DNA of 64,000 nucleotides from Chrysomallon squamiferum (GCA_012295275.1 CM022668.1:2418001-2482000); one strand, 5' to 3'. Positions 13,446 through 28,900 are shown, counted from the first letter of the stretch. The notes: a model not told the origin generated them from the sequence alone. Made by a program: numbers and translations.

Positions 13446-14492
13446 TCGGAAGTTTTGCCACGGAAGTTTTTAAACATCGATGAACTGAGCGAACATCTGC
13501 TAGAAACGCAGGAAAAAAAGATCTTCCCTTTTCTTCGAGCTGCCTTCATTTCTCGACGACAGTGATGACATCGTGCAACATTTTTTTCATCATCAACATT
13601 ACAGAGGTGCGCACACTTTCTGATCTCACAGGCCACAGCGCTTCAACTTCACTGGCCGCACAAATTTCACTGTGATTACGTAAAATCTGAACGCGTTACA
13701 CATATGATTTTGCATAATTTTCTACCTGTGAACCTCAGCATATATTTATATCTTATATAGATGGGTCCGTTTACAGTTTTCCACGAGAACTGACTTCATC
13801 CCTCTAAGATTCCCTTTAAAGTCAAAATAAAACAGTTGTTATTATTATTTATTACCTTTATTAAATAACAACTTTAAAACTGTCGGATCTGAAAATGAAT
13901 ACTGGACGCCTTGTTGTGTTACGGCACCTGAAAGTCATAGGAAATTCATGGTGTTCGAGTGTTTATACTAACATGCAGCCTCGTTTTATTTCAAATGAGA
14001 CATTAAATGTGATGAGGCGATATCCTTCCCTTGACCGCAGGCTGCGCACCCCTGATTAACAAGGCCATTTCTTCGTGAAAATACAACTGCCTTCGTTGGC
14101 ATGGACCAACAGGAACGATAACTCGAAACGGCACAAATTACGTCACCGGCGGAAAAATGCTTCCAGAATTTCGCCGATTTAATGGGTGCAAACTATACAT
14201 GAATGATCGTTTGTATTGGGTTCTGAATATTGCCAGCTAGAAAAGTTAATACATTAATCTTATAACGAATTATAATTTTTGTTTACTAATCACACATTTG
14301 CTGAAAAATAATCCAGCTTTAAAAGGTTGATTAAGTTGAAAACGTAGTTAGGAAAGGCGCAGGGCATCATGGTTTGGTAATGTGAACAACCATCCTTATC
14401 TTTAAGTGTAAATCATAAAAAGTTCAGTAAATAGACTTAAAATAACTGAATTTAGAGTTTAAAAACTTCCGTGAGATCACGGAAACTTCCGA
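13446..14492. mobile_element. Possible decayed DNA transposon/MITE bounded by inverted repeats
   Basis: cacggaagtttttaaac (13459-13475) is the exact reverse complement of gtttaaaaacttccgtg (14457-14473); the interior is more GC/CpG-rich than the flanks. No transposase ORF or TSD recognised. Confidence 0.35.
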
Positions 14493-17400
14493 TCGAAATC
14501 TAAGATGGGAGTGTCGAATGCCGATCAGTGTTTACAAACTTTTAAATACGTATGCCCTCATAATGCAATCAGTTCTACATGGATTATTAAAAGTAATTTG
14601 GGGAAATAAGTCATTTAATCAGTATCTCGTGTTTACAGATGTCTATTATTGAGTAGAAGTTGCTGCAACGGTAGAAACCATTTTTTTTTTTTTTTTTTTT
14701 TTGTCATACCATCTCGTACTATATTTTTTTCAGAGATTATTACGATGTCGCCAGCCAAATATTAATTTTAAAAATAAATAAATAAATAAAAAGAAAATAA
14801 TAATAAGAAGAAAAGAAAAGAAAATAAATAATGTTCACAGACAATGGCGCGTGAATATGAACATGATATCCTCATTAGTTACCAGAAAACTCTGCTAAAA
14901 CTCCACAGCGGACAGTTCTGAGTACGTAGTTGTAAAACAATTATTTTTGTATATATATTTATTTATTTATTTATTTATTTTCATTTTCAATGCATTAGAG
15001 GTGGTATTTACATGTAAAAAGCAAACTGATCACATGTTTTTTGCATGACTGCCTTGACACATTCATTATAATGCTTGTATAATACAGAATTTAAAAAAAA
15101 AAAAAAAAATGTAAAGGTCCGTCAACCGGCCTTATAAAAAAATTGGGTAAAAATTAATTTTTCATTCTTTTTCGATAACACAAAAGGCATCCAACTTCTA
15201 AATCATGTACTATTATGTATGCAAAAAATGAGTTTCCTACTTTTTTTTTTTTTTTTTTTTTTTAAATGATTGATCCATGCTACCTTCGTCTCATTGCTGA
15301 TCACATTGTAAAAATCTTTAGCCAAAATCATAAAGGTACTTTAGAAATTGAAACGAACGAGTAAAATCATGGAGTAGAATACAGATGAAATACCAAATCG
15401 TAAATCTATTCAGAAATGAAAATTGTCTGGATGTGATGTTCTTATATATTTGTGATGCCTACTCAATAATAGACATTAATCGTAAATGATTTCAAGATCT
15501 TCCTGTCTCATACGTTTCCGATCCAAGCTAGTCATATCTGTTGTATTACTTTACCTGTCTGCTATAAACTGACATTTACTGTTAAAAGAATTTAATTATC
15601 CTTTCTCATCACGCAATATCGTATTTGAATAACTTAACAAAAACGGAGTAAAAAGTCCGTATTATAGCAGAACAGCTTCAGTCATTTATTTACGGCATAA
15701 AGAAATAGTAAGTAATTCAAAACTATAACAGTCAGACATCCACTCAGATGCTTAACAATTTGATTCGTGTCCTATTTAAGTAGGTGGCGATCAGATCAAG
15801 ATACACAACTCTGACTGAGAGTTAAACGAACTGCCAGAGCGACTCATGTTTTGTTTTTAGTTCGACTCCTATTTGTTCCCTAGCCACATTGATCAGAATT
15901 AGTTCCAAAACAAATTAGAAACCGAATAAATATCTAGTTATTTATTGTTATTATCCTTTCTTTCTTTCTTCATTTATTTGTTTTAATTTTTGTCTGGATC
16001 TGCATTGTGCATTTTTCAGGGGACGTTGTGATCTCAGATCAGACTACAACATTGTGGCCACGAATCTTCCTCACTTCTTACATCAACATCAAGAATTCGA
16101 CAACATTTCAAACTTACTCACCATAGACCAAGTCTGGGCAACATTAGGAAGTACAAAATAACAAAAATCAAACAAAAATGCAGCAGCAACAATAACAAAT
16201 TATGCTTTCTGGTGTAACTGGAGAAAACAAAATGTATAATTATACTATTATTAGTAACGTTCTACTTCAGCAGTATGTGTGAGAAGTGAAATAAATGTAT
16301 TTCATTTACTACAATGAATTTACTATCATAATGTTACAGACATATGTACCACAGGAGATTATTCAGTATTGACAGTCTTATTCTAATCGATGAAGTTAGT
16401 CAACTGTACTTCATTTCTTACAAAGATATATAAACACAGCAAGGTAAAGGATGTTAACAATAATGATAAATGTAGGAAGCAATAATTATACTGTTTTTTT
16501 TTTTTTTTTTTTTGTTATTTTGTTCCTTACATTTTTAATCGCATTGTACACTACTACTACTACTACTAATAATAATAATAAAATAAATAAATAAACATTA
16601 CAATAGTAGAATGTATCAGTGAATCCATGAATGAATAAATAAATAATAAAGAAAAAAAAAGATTAGAAAAAGCGAATACAGATTTTGTAATACAAGCTTC
16701 CTGTGTAGGTAGTTCTTACTGGAGTCCTTTTTCTACATAAAGAACAAAACAAATGTAACAATATTTAGTAAATGAGTACAGTAATTTCTGTTAGGAACTT
16801 CTAAATGATACAGATTAATTAATTAATATTCAAATGCTGAGTATTATTATTATTATTATAATTTTTTTTAAAGAAAAACAACAGCAACAAAAGAACAACA
16901 AAATATCAACAGCTGGTGGACTAGTTTTCAAGCACCATGAAAATTCTTGTTTATGTTGTAGAGTTTATGTTATAAAATATCGGCAAAAACTAATTTCATC
17001 GTTTCTTGAGTGTACGCAAAACTTCGAAAATAGTTCTTAATTATATATTGTAAATTCAGTCTATATACATAAACACTTAACAATTAATTAATGTTAACCA
17101 CAGCTCAGCACGATAATAGATGGGCAAAAACTAAAGAAAAATGACTTCTTATACATATATATATATATATATATATATGTATATTGCTTATTAAAGATGT
17201 CGTAGCATATTATGAAGTTAACCAATAACTATTTAGCTATCACAATAGCCAGCCGATTAGAACTCAATCAAGACGCGGCAGTTGTTAATTGGTCACTGCA
17301 GTACAGATAATAGTATTTATAAAGTTCTGACCGACTCATTATAAAAATAGCTGAATAGGCGCCATTTTTTTTTATACAACTTATAATCAGTAGGAGAGGT

Positions 17401-18234
17401 CACATCCTTACCCCCCCTTCTAGCTACGCCATAGAAATCTATAAATTCATGACATGTCCATTTTTTCTACCTATCATTACACGTGTACATGTTGTTTTAA
17501 CTATTGCTGAGAGGAAAACAGCAACAGAGATGATACCACTTCAAGAAACAAGTTTTTGCTGACTGTCAGTAAAACGTGTTACTTTCCTAATAATAAAAAT
17601 AAACATGGTGTGTTAGACGTTTTACTCCAGCCATATTTGTTTATAATTAACTAATTCTAGCTTTCTCATGAAAATATGATTAAAACAAGAGCATTTTTTT
17701 TAAAATTATCATTCATTCCACTTGCATATTAATTTAAACACCAAAAACGTTCATGATAAATAATAATAATACTAAATAAATAAATCGAATGTTTTTGCAA
17801 TGGAGGAATATGAATAGCTACTAAACATCCATGGTGTTTAATCGGGTAATGTAAAACTACTGTGTAAACTGAAAACGAAATATCGTACAGAACAAGATAT
17901 TTGATATATTATTTCAAAGACGTTTCCTAAGTTATATCTTCAGTATGCATCAAAATTAAAATCTTTATTAAAAAAAATCCAATTCATAACCAGGTGTTTG
18001 AAGAAAGATATATGAAGTTTTTTGATGTGAAGCCAAATATATATATATAGACTAATTCATACAGTCGGTCTTTGCATCGAATTTCAACGCTGATACTTTA
18101 GCGGGGACTAATTCATATTTTGTCTTCCACTATGCAATGTGTCACCACCTAAGACTAGTGCATCTGAATAAAGACTGTATATTATACAAACAACATTTCT
18201 TGGAAATTACAGATAGATATGATTATTTCATGCA

Positions 18235-18600
18235 CATTTATACAGATCGATAACAATATGGATATCACTATTTCTGGAATTTAAACGAAGTATTAATGAA
18301 TACATTATCTCTAAATCGCAAGATGACTGGAACAATGTTGGAGTTGAACTAGCTTCAAGTTATTTAGACGGTCAAGGAAGGATGAAGTTGTCTCATATTT
18401 ATTTGACAGATATTTTATTTTGAGGAAAGGACCAGCCGCCACTGTGTGAAATCTGTCAATGTTTATTTGGTGAACTGTCCGGAAACTAGTTAAAGACAAA
18501 GTATTTGTAATGTAGTCGTTTAGATTTCATCTACATCTTATTTGAATTTATTTATTTTTTTTTTTTTTTTAAACTTATTGGATTTTATAACAAAATTTAA
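18235..18600 (+). mobile_element. 3' end fragment of an I/Nimb-like LINE ORF2 (post-RNase H region with Cys motif), degenerate
   Basis: Frameshifted translation fragments FKRSINEYIISK.QDDWNN, DEVV, YLT..FILRK..P.LCEICQ, LVNCP, KLIGFYNKI* resemble the C-terminus of RNase H-containing LINEs. Confidence 0.6.
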
Positions 18601-18875
18601 AAATGACAATTATTTTTTAATATATATATATATATATTTCTGATTGCGCAAAGCTTGTAATTTGATTTAGTTTAGTTTAAAAAGTATTTTTTTACATAAA
18701 TAGAAACAAATGTGTGTGGTTTTGTGAATTCGTGACAAAATTGTCTTAAATGGCGATGATATGACATTCGTTGAAACTGTGGCTGGGACCACTATGTTGG
18801 CAACATCGACAGTGTCAGTCGTATTTATCAGCCATTTGATGCTGTGTTTGATTAGATGATTTTTACATCATATTG

Positions 18876-18909
<34 letters not shown>

Positions 18910-19394
18910 GCACTTAATCTGTTTTTGACCAGAATTTAATCATTTCGCTAGACAGAAAAATGTAATTAAGAACAATTTTTGTCTTCGCAAAAAAATCTCA
19001 CAAATTTCATTCAGTTCGACCTCAAGTCTGTGTGCAACATAAATTATTATAATAAGCAAACTGACGTTTAAAAATCTACATAAATTATGATAATGCTATT
19101 ACTGAAACTAAGCATACGTTTTTCACTTCATAAAGGAGGACACTAAATCACAGGTCCATGAAATGCTGTTATTTTAAAAATATTCGAAATTTGATGCATC
19201 TGCAAAAGTTTGTGAAAAGAAATTATTATTCAGTAGGCTTAAACATTCAATGTAGAACGACGCAAGAACATAGCCCTGATTATTTCTCCATTTTTAGCTG
19301 TTCCATAAAACAGAAAAACTAAATTATATCAGTAAATTTTTCTGTGTTGAGAGATTTCCCAACTTTTTGTAAATGAAACATTTATCTTTAGTAC

Positions 19395-19433
<39 letters not shown>

Positions 19434-20230
19434 GCAGTAATATAATATTTAACATCTCGGCATTCTTTACAAGATTTTTTTTTTTTTTCAATCTTCAGAA
19501 AGCAATAACATCGACATTCATTCATAAACACAGCATTTTGTAGAGTGGCAGTCCTCCTGTTCTATATGATGTTAGGATTAATGGATCGTTGATACACATT
19601 TTAGCTGATATTATTTTCGATGTGATGCTTTGGTTCCATAGTAACTATTTACATGCAATAGTTACGATAAAACATGAAACTGTAAAGCGTCCAAAATACG
19701 TTTTTTATTATTTATTTATTTAATTTTCTCTCTAATGAAATTGATAACACAAAAGGATAATATTTTACAAAAATTTTAATGTCAAAAATACTTCTTTTCT
19801 GAAAGAGGCAAGAATAGATGTTATATATACGGATATAAATTGCTTATTTCTTTACAGAATCTACCATTCGAGAATATATATATATACACAACTAAGTATT
19901 ACATCTTTTGTACATGTGGATGACATCATTTTGTTGCCGTGTTTATTTTTCCCGCCATTTTGAGTTCAGGGAAATTTAACATCTCCATTTTACAAACACT
20001 CACACAGAAAATAAAAAGCTGAATGTTTTCAAGGACGAAATGAGTTGACTTTAATATTTATTTATTTATTATTAGATTATTAATTATCATAAAAAGGTTT
20101 TGATATGTATGCACTGATCAAATACTGAGTTTCAGTGCAGTTCACAAATTCATTTAATTCTGAAGTTATTCACTGTCTGTCTGGCTTTTAACCTGTATCA
20201 GACTGATTATCGATATATTTTTTGTCCTGA

Positions 20231-20256
20231 GGTGTCGTTAAACATTCATTCATTCA
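20231..20256 (+). mobile_element. Retroelement (SINE/LINE) 3' tail motif gtcgttaaac(attc)n; other copies at about 32400 and 33351 (+) and 23132-23164 (-)
   Basis: The same gtcgttaaacattca motif, mostly followed by an (attc)n microsatellite, occurs at four dispersed sites. Confidence 0.55.
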
Positions 20257-22519
20257 GACTGATTTTTAAACAATACTCATACATTTATTTATCATTATAA
20301 TCAATTTAACTGACACAGTAACAAGGACAGTTATTCAATGGAAACTTATTGATACATCGGTAAAAACGATGAAACTGTATTGCTTCAGCTCAATCTTTTG
20401 CTGTATAGAACAACAATCGTGGTAAAGGCGTAGTCAGTTTGTAATTATTTCGATCTTATTTGAAGCTTTTTATTAGATTTCCTGATGAAAATAATAATAT
20501 ATTTACAGAGCTTTTTGTTCCTGTATTTGCAGCGAATATCTGATATTTGATTCCTGCAGACAATAAGCCTTCTTCCAATCTGTTTTACTAATCATGACTT
20601 TGTCTTTCAGGTTAAAGCTATTCCTAAACGAATTTTGTAAACATAAGAGTAAAAAAAAAAAAAAAAAAAGAAGAAGAAGAAAAGAAACTAAAAAATATTT
20701 CCCTCTCCCCCATCATCAATCTGTTTTAAAACTGTCATCTTTTGGAGTTCACTTGCTGCAAATATTATGACAGACTAAAGATTACAGTTACACAATTTTA
20801 CAGCAGTACGTCAGTATGTCTGAATAATGTTTTCTGTTCTGTAGATGGTGTTACTTGCACCAAAAAAAAAGTTTACAAAATTTTACACTTGCAATCTTAA
20901 ACTACATCAATCACATCGGAGAATTTTTTGTTTCTTTTTTATGTTCTTGTTATATGCATCATACAACGTTTATATATAAAAGAAGATAATCAAATTGTCT
21001 GCATGTGTTTAAATAATATTATATTTATTTTTGTCCAGACTCTTGCAAACTGGATAAATACTTTATGAGCTACGTCAAATCAAAGATACTAAAATGCCCG
21101 ATCTTTTGAGAAAACAGGAGCGAATAAATTACGTTACGTCTTGAAACATACGTGGCACCAGAAATAACAAAATGTTTTCTTGTACATTTACGTTTCTTTT
21201 TTATCTAATTGTTGTCAAATTTTGCATACAAATATTAAAACAGACACTGTCAAAGTCAACTATCAACATTTTATTATCCAATGGAATGACCTTGACCTTA
21301 TTTGCATATAGTCACGCACACACCCATCTCTCAACACAGAAAGGGAAAATAATACATTGCTCCCGTAACATTTAAAAACAAATTTATATGTAGTTGATCC
21401 CCACTTGATAAAGATAAATAATTATGTATTGTATAAAGTATACTAAATATTACATTTGATTTTAATAATAAAAATTGTAAAAAGGTAAAACCAATAGACG
21501 AATGAATTGTTTACAGTCCCTACAAGTACAATGCCACTAACAATCCAACACCCCTAACAAATATGCCAGTCATTTTGAAAGAGCGCAGCGGAGTGTTCCA
21601 TTATAATATTGAAGGGGGTTATTATTTTCATAAATTACGCCAAAATGTTATTAGATAACGTAAATTATTCAAACATAAAATAAATAGCATTAACCAAAAT
21701 TAGATTTTGTATTTGTAAACCGTTAGTGATTACATAATGGCAATTATCGTCTTCTGAATTATACAAGCTATTTTCACTACTGCAGACGAAAAATCCGCCA
21801 TTTAGTATTTGTTCGCCGTGTGTTCGGTTCAAAAACTGTCCTAGTAGTACTTCAGCCCACGATTATTTTGATCTAGAACTGATATACACTTGTTCAGAAG
21901 ATATTTATTTACATAATACGAATAGTGATATCAATTTAATTACATTTTATTCCAGGAAAATAGAGTTTTTGCTTCTTTCTTCGAACTCTGATGTTTTTAT
22001 TTTAAAAAAAAAATATTTTTTCTGCTTTTGTTGAAATTATTCATGAAAAATATTCAAAACCCAAATGTAGTCGCTGACAGATTATGTTCACCCCAGCACC
22101 ACTACGAGGTTACTGCGCATGAATACAGATGAATGTGCCATTCTGACTATACCGCTCGTTTGGTATCAATAAACACAGAACCGACTGATGTTGATGCGTT
22201 GTCTACGACTCAGTCTGTATAGCTTTTTTTTTAAAGAGCTTTGTTCTGAAACGATACTTGTATGCATCAACGAGATAAAGGATATTAAAACGAAACACTA
22301 CAGTGACCACATCCCTCGATGTATACAGGGTTTACAACTTGCTAGAACATCTTGAATTCTGAGTACGTTATTTCTCTTCATTTTTAAAAATTGATTTATT
22401 TAATATTATTTACATAAGAGGACTTCCATTCAGATCATCAGAATTACAACATAGACGAATGGACAATAAAAATTATGTGTAGAAATCAAGTTTCAAATCA
22501 TCTTGACCGACAGAGACCC

Positions 22520-22550
<31 letters not shown>

Positions 22551-25184
22551 TTTTTTCTTTTTTTTTTTTTTTTCCACTTTGCTTTTTATTTTCAAATAGT
22601 TAATAAAGATAACAATACTAAAATTTAAAAGACAAATAAGAATGAAAATATACATATATATATACTTGAACAATGTGGATCTGAAAATTTATAATTCAAT
22701 AAAATAACTGCATCAATATTAATCCCTAGAGATGAATAAATCTGCGCTATTTTAAAATCATTTAACAATAATAATAATAATGGAAATAATTTTAATATTT
22801 ATATACAGAAAAAAGAGAAAAGAAGTATAATCTTTTATTGATCTCTGTTGGAAGTTGTATTTATTCAAAAGAAATGCCGGAAAAACAAAAAAGACAATGG
22901 AGGACAAATTATCTGTATCCTACTTTCTTATTTTAAACGTTTTAGCAAAATTCATTTATTTAATAACAACATACCGAATAAACGTATATACGATTGGCAA
23001 AAACAATTTTATTTTATTTTATTAAAATAAAGATAAACGACGAAATTTTTTAAAAAATTAAAAACTTTCATCGGAATTTATTTTCAGTTTGAAGAACCCA
23101 TGGATGTCGATTCCATTACACAAGACTGTAATGAATGAATGAATGAATGAATGTTTAACGACACACAAACACGAAAAATATATCGAAGATTACAATTCTT
23201 CTTACAGACTGATTTGGATATCTCTGATACTGTAAAAATTATTTTTTACAAATTAAAAAAAAAAAAAAAAAGAAAAAGAAATAATAATAATAAAAAGCTT
23301 CAGTGTAGTTTAAACGCTTGAAATATCCAAATTTATTTATTTACTTATATATATATATAATTATTTATTTTGTTTATTTTTAATAATTTTTGGTTGAGAA
23401 ACATACCCCAAAACTGACCCAGCCTACCCTGGGTAGGTGCAAGTTTTGTACAGCCGTGGCGGCATCTTGGTACACAAGATTGATACATTGAAATAAACAC
23501 AAAATATATGATGATTTTTTTTTTTTTTTTCACGATAACTTAGAATGCAGTTGATAAGCATTTAAGTCGAAGCCAACAGCTTAAAATTATACACTCAGTG
23601 CAAAACAAAATTATTCATTGTCATTCAGTAATTTTGTACAGAGGCATTTACAGACAGTTAAGTTCGCAAGTCACGAAGGGCGACAAAGATTCCTTTTTGT
23701 ATTTTTTTCCCCCCCAGTGTATATATTTAGATATACATCTGTCTCGACTGCTTCTATGGCAAACACGTTAACAAAATTAAAATAGAAAATACACAATACG
23801 GGTATGAAAATACACCACAATACCAGCTTGCAATGAATAACGTATATTTAATTTGACATGGAATCGGAGTATGTAAGAATAATTTTTTTTTCAGATTTCC
23901 AAAAAATATCATGTTAACTAATGAAAGGATCATGGAAGAAAATAAAATGTTTCGAGCTGTGAGATCCATGCAGTGATGATTTACAGTACGTATTTGTAAT
24001 ACGCCATTTTTGTTTGGAGGTTAGAACTGTACCACAGGGACACGTAAAAATTATCTAAATACTTAATGCCTGTTTTTCAAAAATAAAATAAATGTTCATT
24101 TTTTTCACCATCAAGATTTTGATATTGATTTGATTAATTTTTAACCTGATGATTTTGCTTAAAAGATCCATTTAATATTTCAGAACTTGCATTTTTCCAA
24201 TTTTTATTTATCACGATATATATATGGAAAACATTGGTTTTCTGGATCCATTGTTTTCTCTGTTGAGTACGACAAACATGAACACAATTTAAAAGAACAG
24301 TGCAAGAAGAGAGTAAATAAATTACTAAGATTGTTTAGACTGATCACAATATTTAATTTTCTTTTCAACAGATGTTCTATATTTTAAATACAAAAATAAA
24401 AACAAAAACATTATTCAGTGCATTTTTTTCCCGTTTAACGCAAACTGCTCGTTTTTTTTATATTCAATAGAGGCTGATTGCACCTTTTTGTTGCGTTATT
24501 TATATCCAAATATAATATAGGTTTTTGTCGAAATACATAAAATAATAAAAAAAATATATAAATGTTTTTATCCATTCTCTGTATTGTGAAAATGGCAACA
24601 CTTAATAAATGGAAACTACAAAACTAAAAAATAAAAATAAATTGGGTTGAAATGCTTCATTTCTGAAAGCAAAAACAACACATCTAATAAGGAATTAGTT
24701 GGATTTTTCCCAGTCTGTTATTCGAAAATTAAAAAGATACATTATTTTTAGAAAATCGAGAAATAAAGTCAAATCTGTCAACTAAAAAGATGTGGGTACA
24801 CATGTATGACGTCATTATCTGATGTGTGTTTCAATTCCCCCCTTTTTATGTGGAAGCCAAAAGTGCTCAAAATCCCCCCAAAAACACTAAGTTCTTAACG
24901 AACTAGTGAAAATATTTTTTAGGGAACGCTAAGAAGAAAATAAAGGATAATGTTTAATAAGTTCCCAGCTTAAATTTAAACTTAAGCCTGTCATTTAAAA
25001 AAAGAAGAAAAACAGCATTCCCATTATCTACCATCACCTCCCCGCAGTTTATCAAAATGTTCAGATAATAATTTTATTTTATTACAATATTAATTAATTT
25101 TAAATGTATCATAAGAAGATTACAACTTCAAAACGATGAAACTGGACAGTAAATAAGAAATTAAACAGCGACTGACCTTCATTA

Positions 25185-27850
25185 AGAAAAAGTGGCAGTC
25201 CTCCTCATATCTGTTGGCTTGCATTGAAAAACACCCTTGAATATTTGGTATTCAAAAGGCTCTAATAATAATAAATAGCATATTAAGGGCGAAATTAATA
25301 TGCGAGTAATAGCGATTATAATGTGGTTTATCAGATAAAATTTACAGCTTTTAACATGAAACCCAATGATTCGCAAAATGTTCATTCTGATCACGAGTCT
25401 TCAGTCAGATCAGTTTGTAAAATTGGGTTTCAAGTTTCGTTGTTAAATAGCACATTTCTATTACAACTATTTAGCATGTCTTGTATTAATAGTTTAATGA
25501 TTTGTGCTTTAAGAATAAGCTTATTTTATATTTTACAAAATTTTCTGTTTGTTTCATGAGGTTATGCTAATTTTTCAAGACTGGTGTCTTTTTCTGAGCT
25601 CTTAGTTAATCCGTCTGTTAAAGTATCTGTATCGGACACAATTAACACATTTGTATACCGCGTAAGACACTCACAGTCTTACTACCATATTACATACTTG
25701 CCAGAGATTTCTGGTGACTTGACATGGTGAAGTAATAAAAAAAAAATAAAGTTTTGATTTTAAACTAACGTATTGATGAATTCAATGTGTCATTTGTCTG
25801 GTGGAATATGTTAATGTATTCCTAAAAAAAAAAAAAAAAAAAAAAAAATACTTTGCACAAAGCGTAGAATATCATAGCGATCATTCTGAAAGGCTGGCAG
25901 TGGCAGTCCTCCTCATGTTTTAGTTTCCATTGTAAAATTCCCATGAGCATATTTAATATCTAAAACATGCTGAGTAGCTGTGAAATAATAACACATATAT
26001 AGTATATATCAGGGCGATATTATAATTTATACGCATTTTAGTAGAAACATTAATTTCTTCTTTTTTTTTTCTTATTTTTTTTTCTAAATACGTGATTTGT
26101 ATCTTGACAAATCGTTGTTCGCTTCCGTATGTCCGTATTGTGAACTTATCTCTTGTGCACGTGAAGTTACTTGCATCAGACAAAGTTTACGGGTTTTTCT
26201 CGCTGCATCAACAACTCAAAATATCAGAGTAATAATGACAAAGCTAACTTTATTATTAAATGTATAGTATTTCACACTGAACCAGTGACTGACAATTGTA
26301 CTGTCATATTTTATTCATTTTGAAGATTTTCGTTTTATCTGAACTGTATGAATTACAATCTATATATAATGTGTGTCGCATTATTTTATTTAAGATTACT
26401 ATCTTCTGACAAAGTTTTTGGATTTTCGCATCACACGAAAGATTCGTACAAAAGTGAACTTTCCAAAGTTATACAGGTAAATTTACCTGCTTTGGACGAA
26501 ATTAATGATTTTCACATAATGCCACAGTTTTGCTTGACTTTGGGGTGTCGCTTATTTTCTACAGCAGAGTCACTGGAATGAAATATGAATATAAGACTAC
26601 AAATCATGTTAAGTATCCGACCGTCACTGATCCCAATTTCTTTTCAAAGTAAACTCATCTAATTCAAACAATTTTTACAAGTGTTCACACCTTTGCCGTC
26701 TCAGGCCATTATGTCACTCTTATACTATAAATTTTCCTAAATATTTTATATTAATTTTGATTGTGAAATACTTTTAAAAGTAAACATAACACATATAATA
26801 TTGGAATTTTCTCCTGTCACAGGTTGATGGTGAACCAGATAATCATTCTGAAAGGCTGATTGTGGCAGTCCTCTTCATGTTTTAGTTTACATTATAAAAC
26901 AGCTATGAGCATACTATGTACAAATAATCGCACGTATTTATTACATTGAGGGTGAAATTATATCTCCTACATTCTTGTCATACTGACTTTCTTGTTCAAT
27001 ATTTTAGTCTAAAGAAAAAATAATCTTATTAGACACTTTGTGTTTAACTAGATATATTTTTGCGGATTATTTATTTATTTATTTATTGTTGTTGTTTTGT
27101 TTGTTTGGGTTTTGGGGTTTTTTTTTTTTTTTTTTTTTTGAGGTTTTTTCCTTCAACATTTCTAATTGGAAAGTTACCTCTTGTGCACGTGAAGTTACCT
27201 TCATCAGACAAAGTTTACGGGATCTTCACGCAACATCAGGAACTCAAAATATCAGAGTAATAGCGATTATAATATGTTGTTTTTGTTAAAGCTAACGTTA
27301 CTACATTTAATGCACAGTATTTCACACGAACCAGTAACTGACAATTGTACTGACATATTTCATTCATTCAAAGTATTTCATTCTGATCTCGAGTCTTCAA
27401 AAAGTCAGGTCAGTTTGTAGGATTGGATGTTCTAGCTTCACTGTAACATGGTAGATTTCTAAAATAGTTCTGTAGCATGTATAGTACTAATAAACTTATA
27501 GTAATATTTTAGTGATTGATGCTTTCAGTTTGCTCTTCTGCAGAATATTATTTATATATCGATATGCTTATTTTATATTTACAAAATGATCTGTTTCTTT
27601 TATGATTTGATGTTGTTAATTCTTCACTATCATTTTCTGATAATGAACTTACATCACCACAAAACTCATACAAAGTCTACGGGCTTTTACGACACATCTC
27701 AGTCTGAAAGAATCGTAGTCATATTTCATTCTTGAAAGAAGATTTTTTTCAGTTTTACACCATACAAATTTTATGGGGTTTTATGATCCATCAGAGACTC
27801 ACAGTGTTACAGCCATATTTCATTCTTGAAAGAAGATTTCTGTTAGTTTT
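25185..27850. repeat. Diverged local tandem duplications (units of roughly 0.7-1 kb) with nested subrepeats
   Basis: gtggcagtcctc at about 25192, 25900, 26862; ctcttgtgcacgtgaagttac...cagacaaagtttacggg...actcaaaatatcagagtaata at about 26150 and 27178; gagtcttca...gtcag.tcagtttgta at about 25394 and 27391. Confidence 0.8.
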
Positions 27851-28199
27851 ACAGAAACTTGAATTTGTCATAGCAGATTTCCGAGACTGACAATTTCAGT
27901 GTCAGGTGAAGAAGATACGTGCACATACAAAGATCACTCAGATACAGACCCTCGTAGATGACGTTCTCCAGCAAATAACGTTGACTGGTTTTTCACAACG
28001 TGTGAAAGTTTCTCACATTTTTCTGTATTAAAATAATAATATATAACAATAAAAATACGCACACACTTATTTCCTCAGACCACTCACATACTGATTGTTT
28101 TTTTTATAGTAATACATTTACACATTTTGATGACTGAGAGATATTGATTACCTATAGTTCACTACTGGATATTTGAAAACAGTATATCATCTTTTAATT

Positions 28200-28900
28200 A
28201 TCGAAAAATATTATTTTTAATATTCTTAATAAAAGCTGAAAGTTTGTTTTGAATACGGTATTGATTAAGAATTATTTTAATGCAATGAAACGTAATATTT
28301 ATTAATAAAAAAAAAAAAATAATAATAATAATAATATTATTCTTTTCTTTTAATTCAATTTTCACACGCCTCTTGAAGTCTGATATTCTATAAATTTATA
28401 GAATAATACTTATAAATTCTATTTTCAATTGTGAGAGAACATCCAAATAGTAATAGTCTTCTTAATTGATCAAATGAAAACTATATTTCATGAATAATTT
28501 CAACAACTGCAGAAAAAGGAAGAAAACCTGAAATTACTTCATATGCAATATCAGCCACTTTGACTATTCCACACTGAATAAAAAAATTAAATAATTTATT
28601 TTTATATTTAATGAAAGGATTCTCAAAATGTGGCTGAGACAATATTTCTTCTGATAAAATAGTAACATAATCAAAAGCTGACAACACCTCAGCATAAAAA
28701 GGGTTGATAACCTTTGAGGCATCTTTATTGTAAACTGTCTTTAAAATGTTATAATTTGAATTCATATTCATACATTTACCAAGAAATACTGACACTGTAT
28801 AATTCCAAACAATTTTAAATTCATTTTCAAAACATTTCTTTTAAAGCCATTTTCTTTAATGAAACATCTTGAATATTTACCCCACCCGACTTTTTATTTC
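28200..28900 (-). mobile_element. L1/Tx1-like LINE ORF2 fragment (post-RT region), degenerate
   Basis: ORF 28481..28795 NPFYAEVLSAF...EEILSQPHFENPFIKYKNK...GIVKVADI resembles the segment between RT and the C-terminal zinc finger of Tx1-type elements. Confidence 0.5.

Noticed and set aside
16020-16160. Plus-strand acceptor followed by a 46-codon open frame (GRCDLRSDYNIV...STK*)
   Set aside because: No recognisable homology and no partner exons found; compatible with chance.
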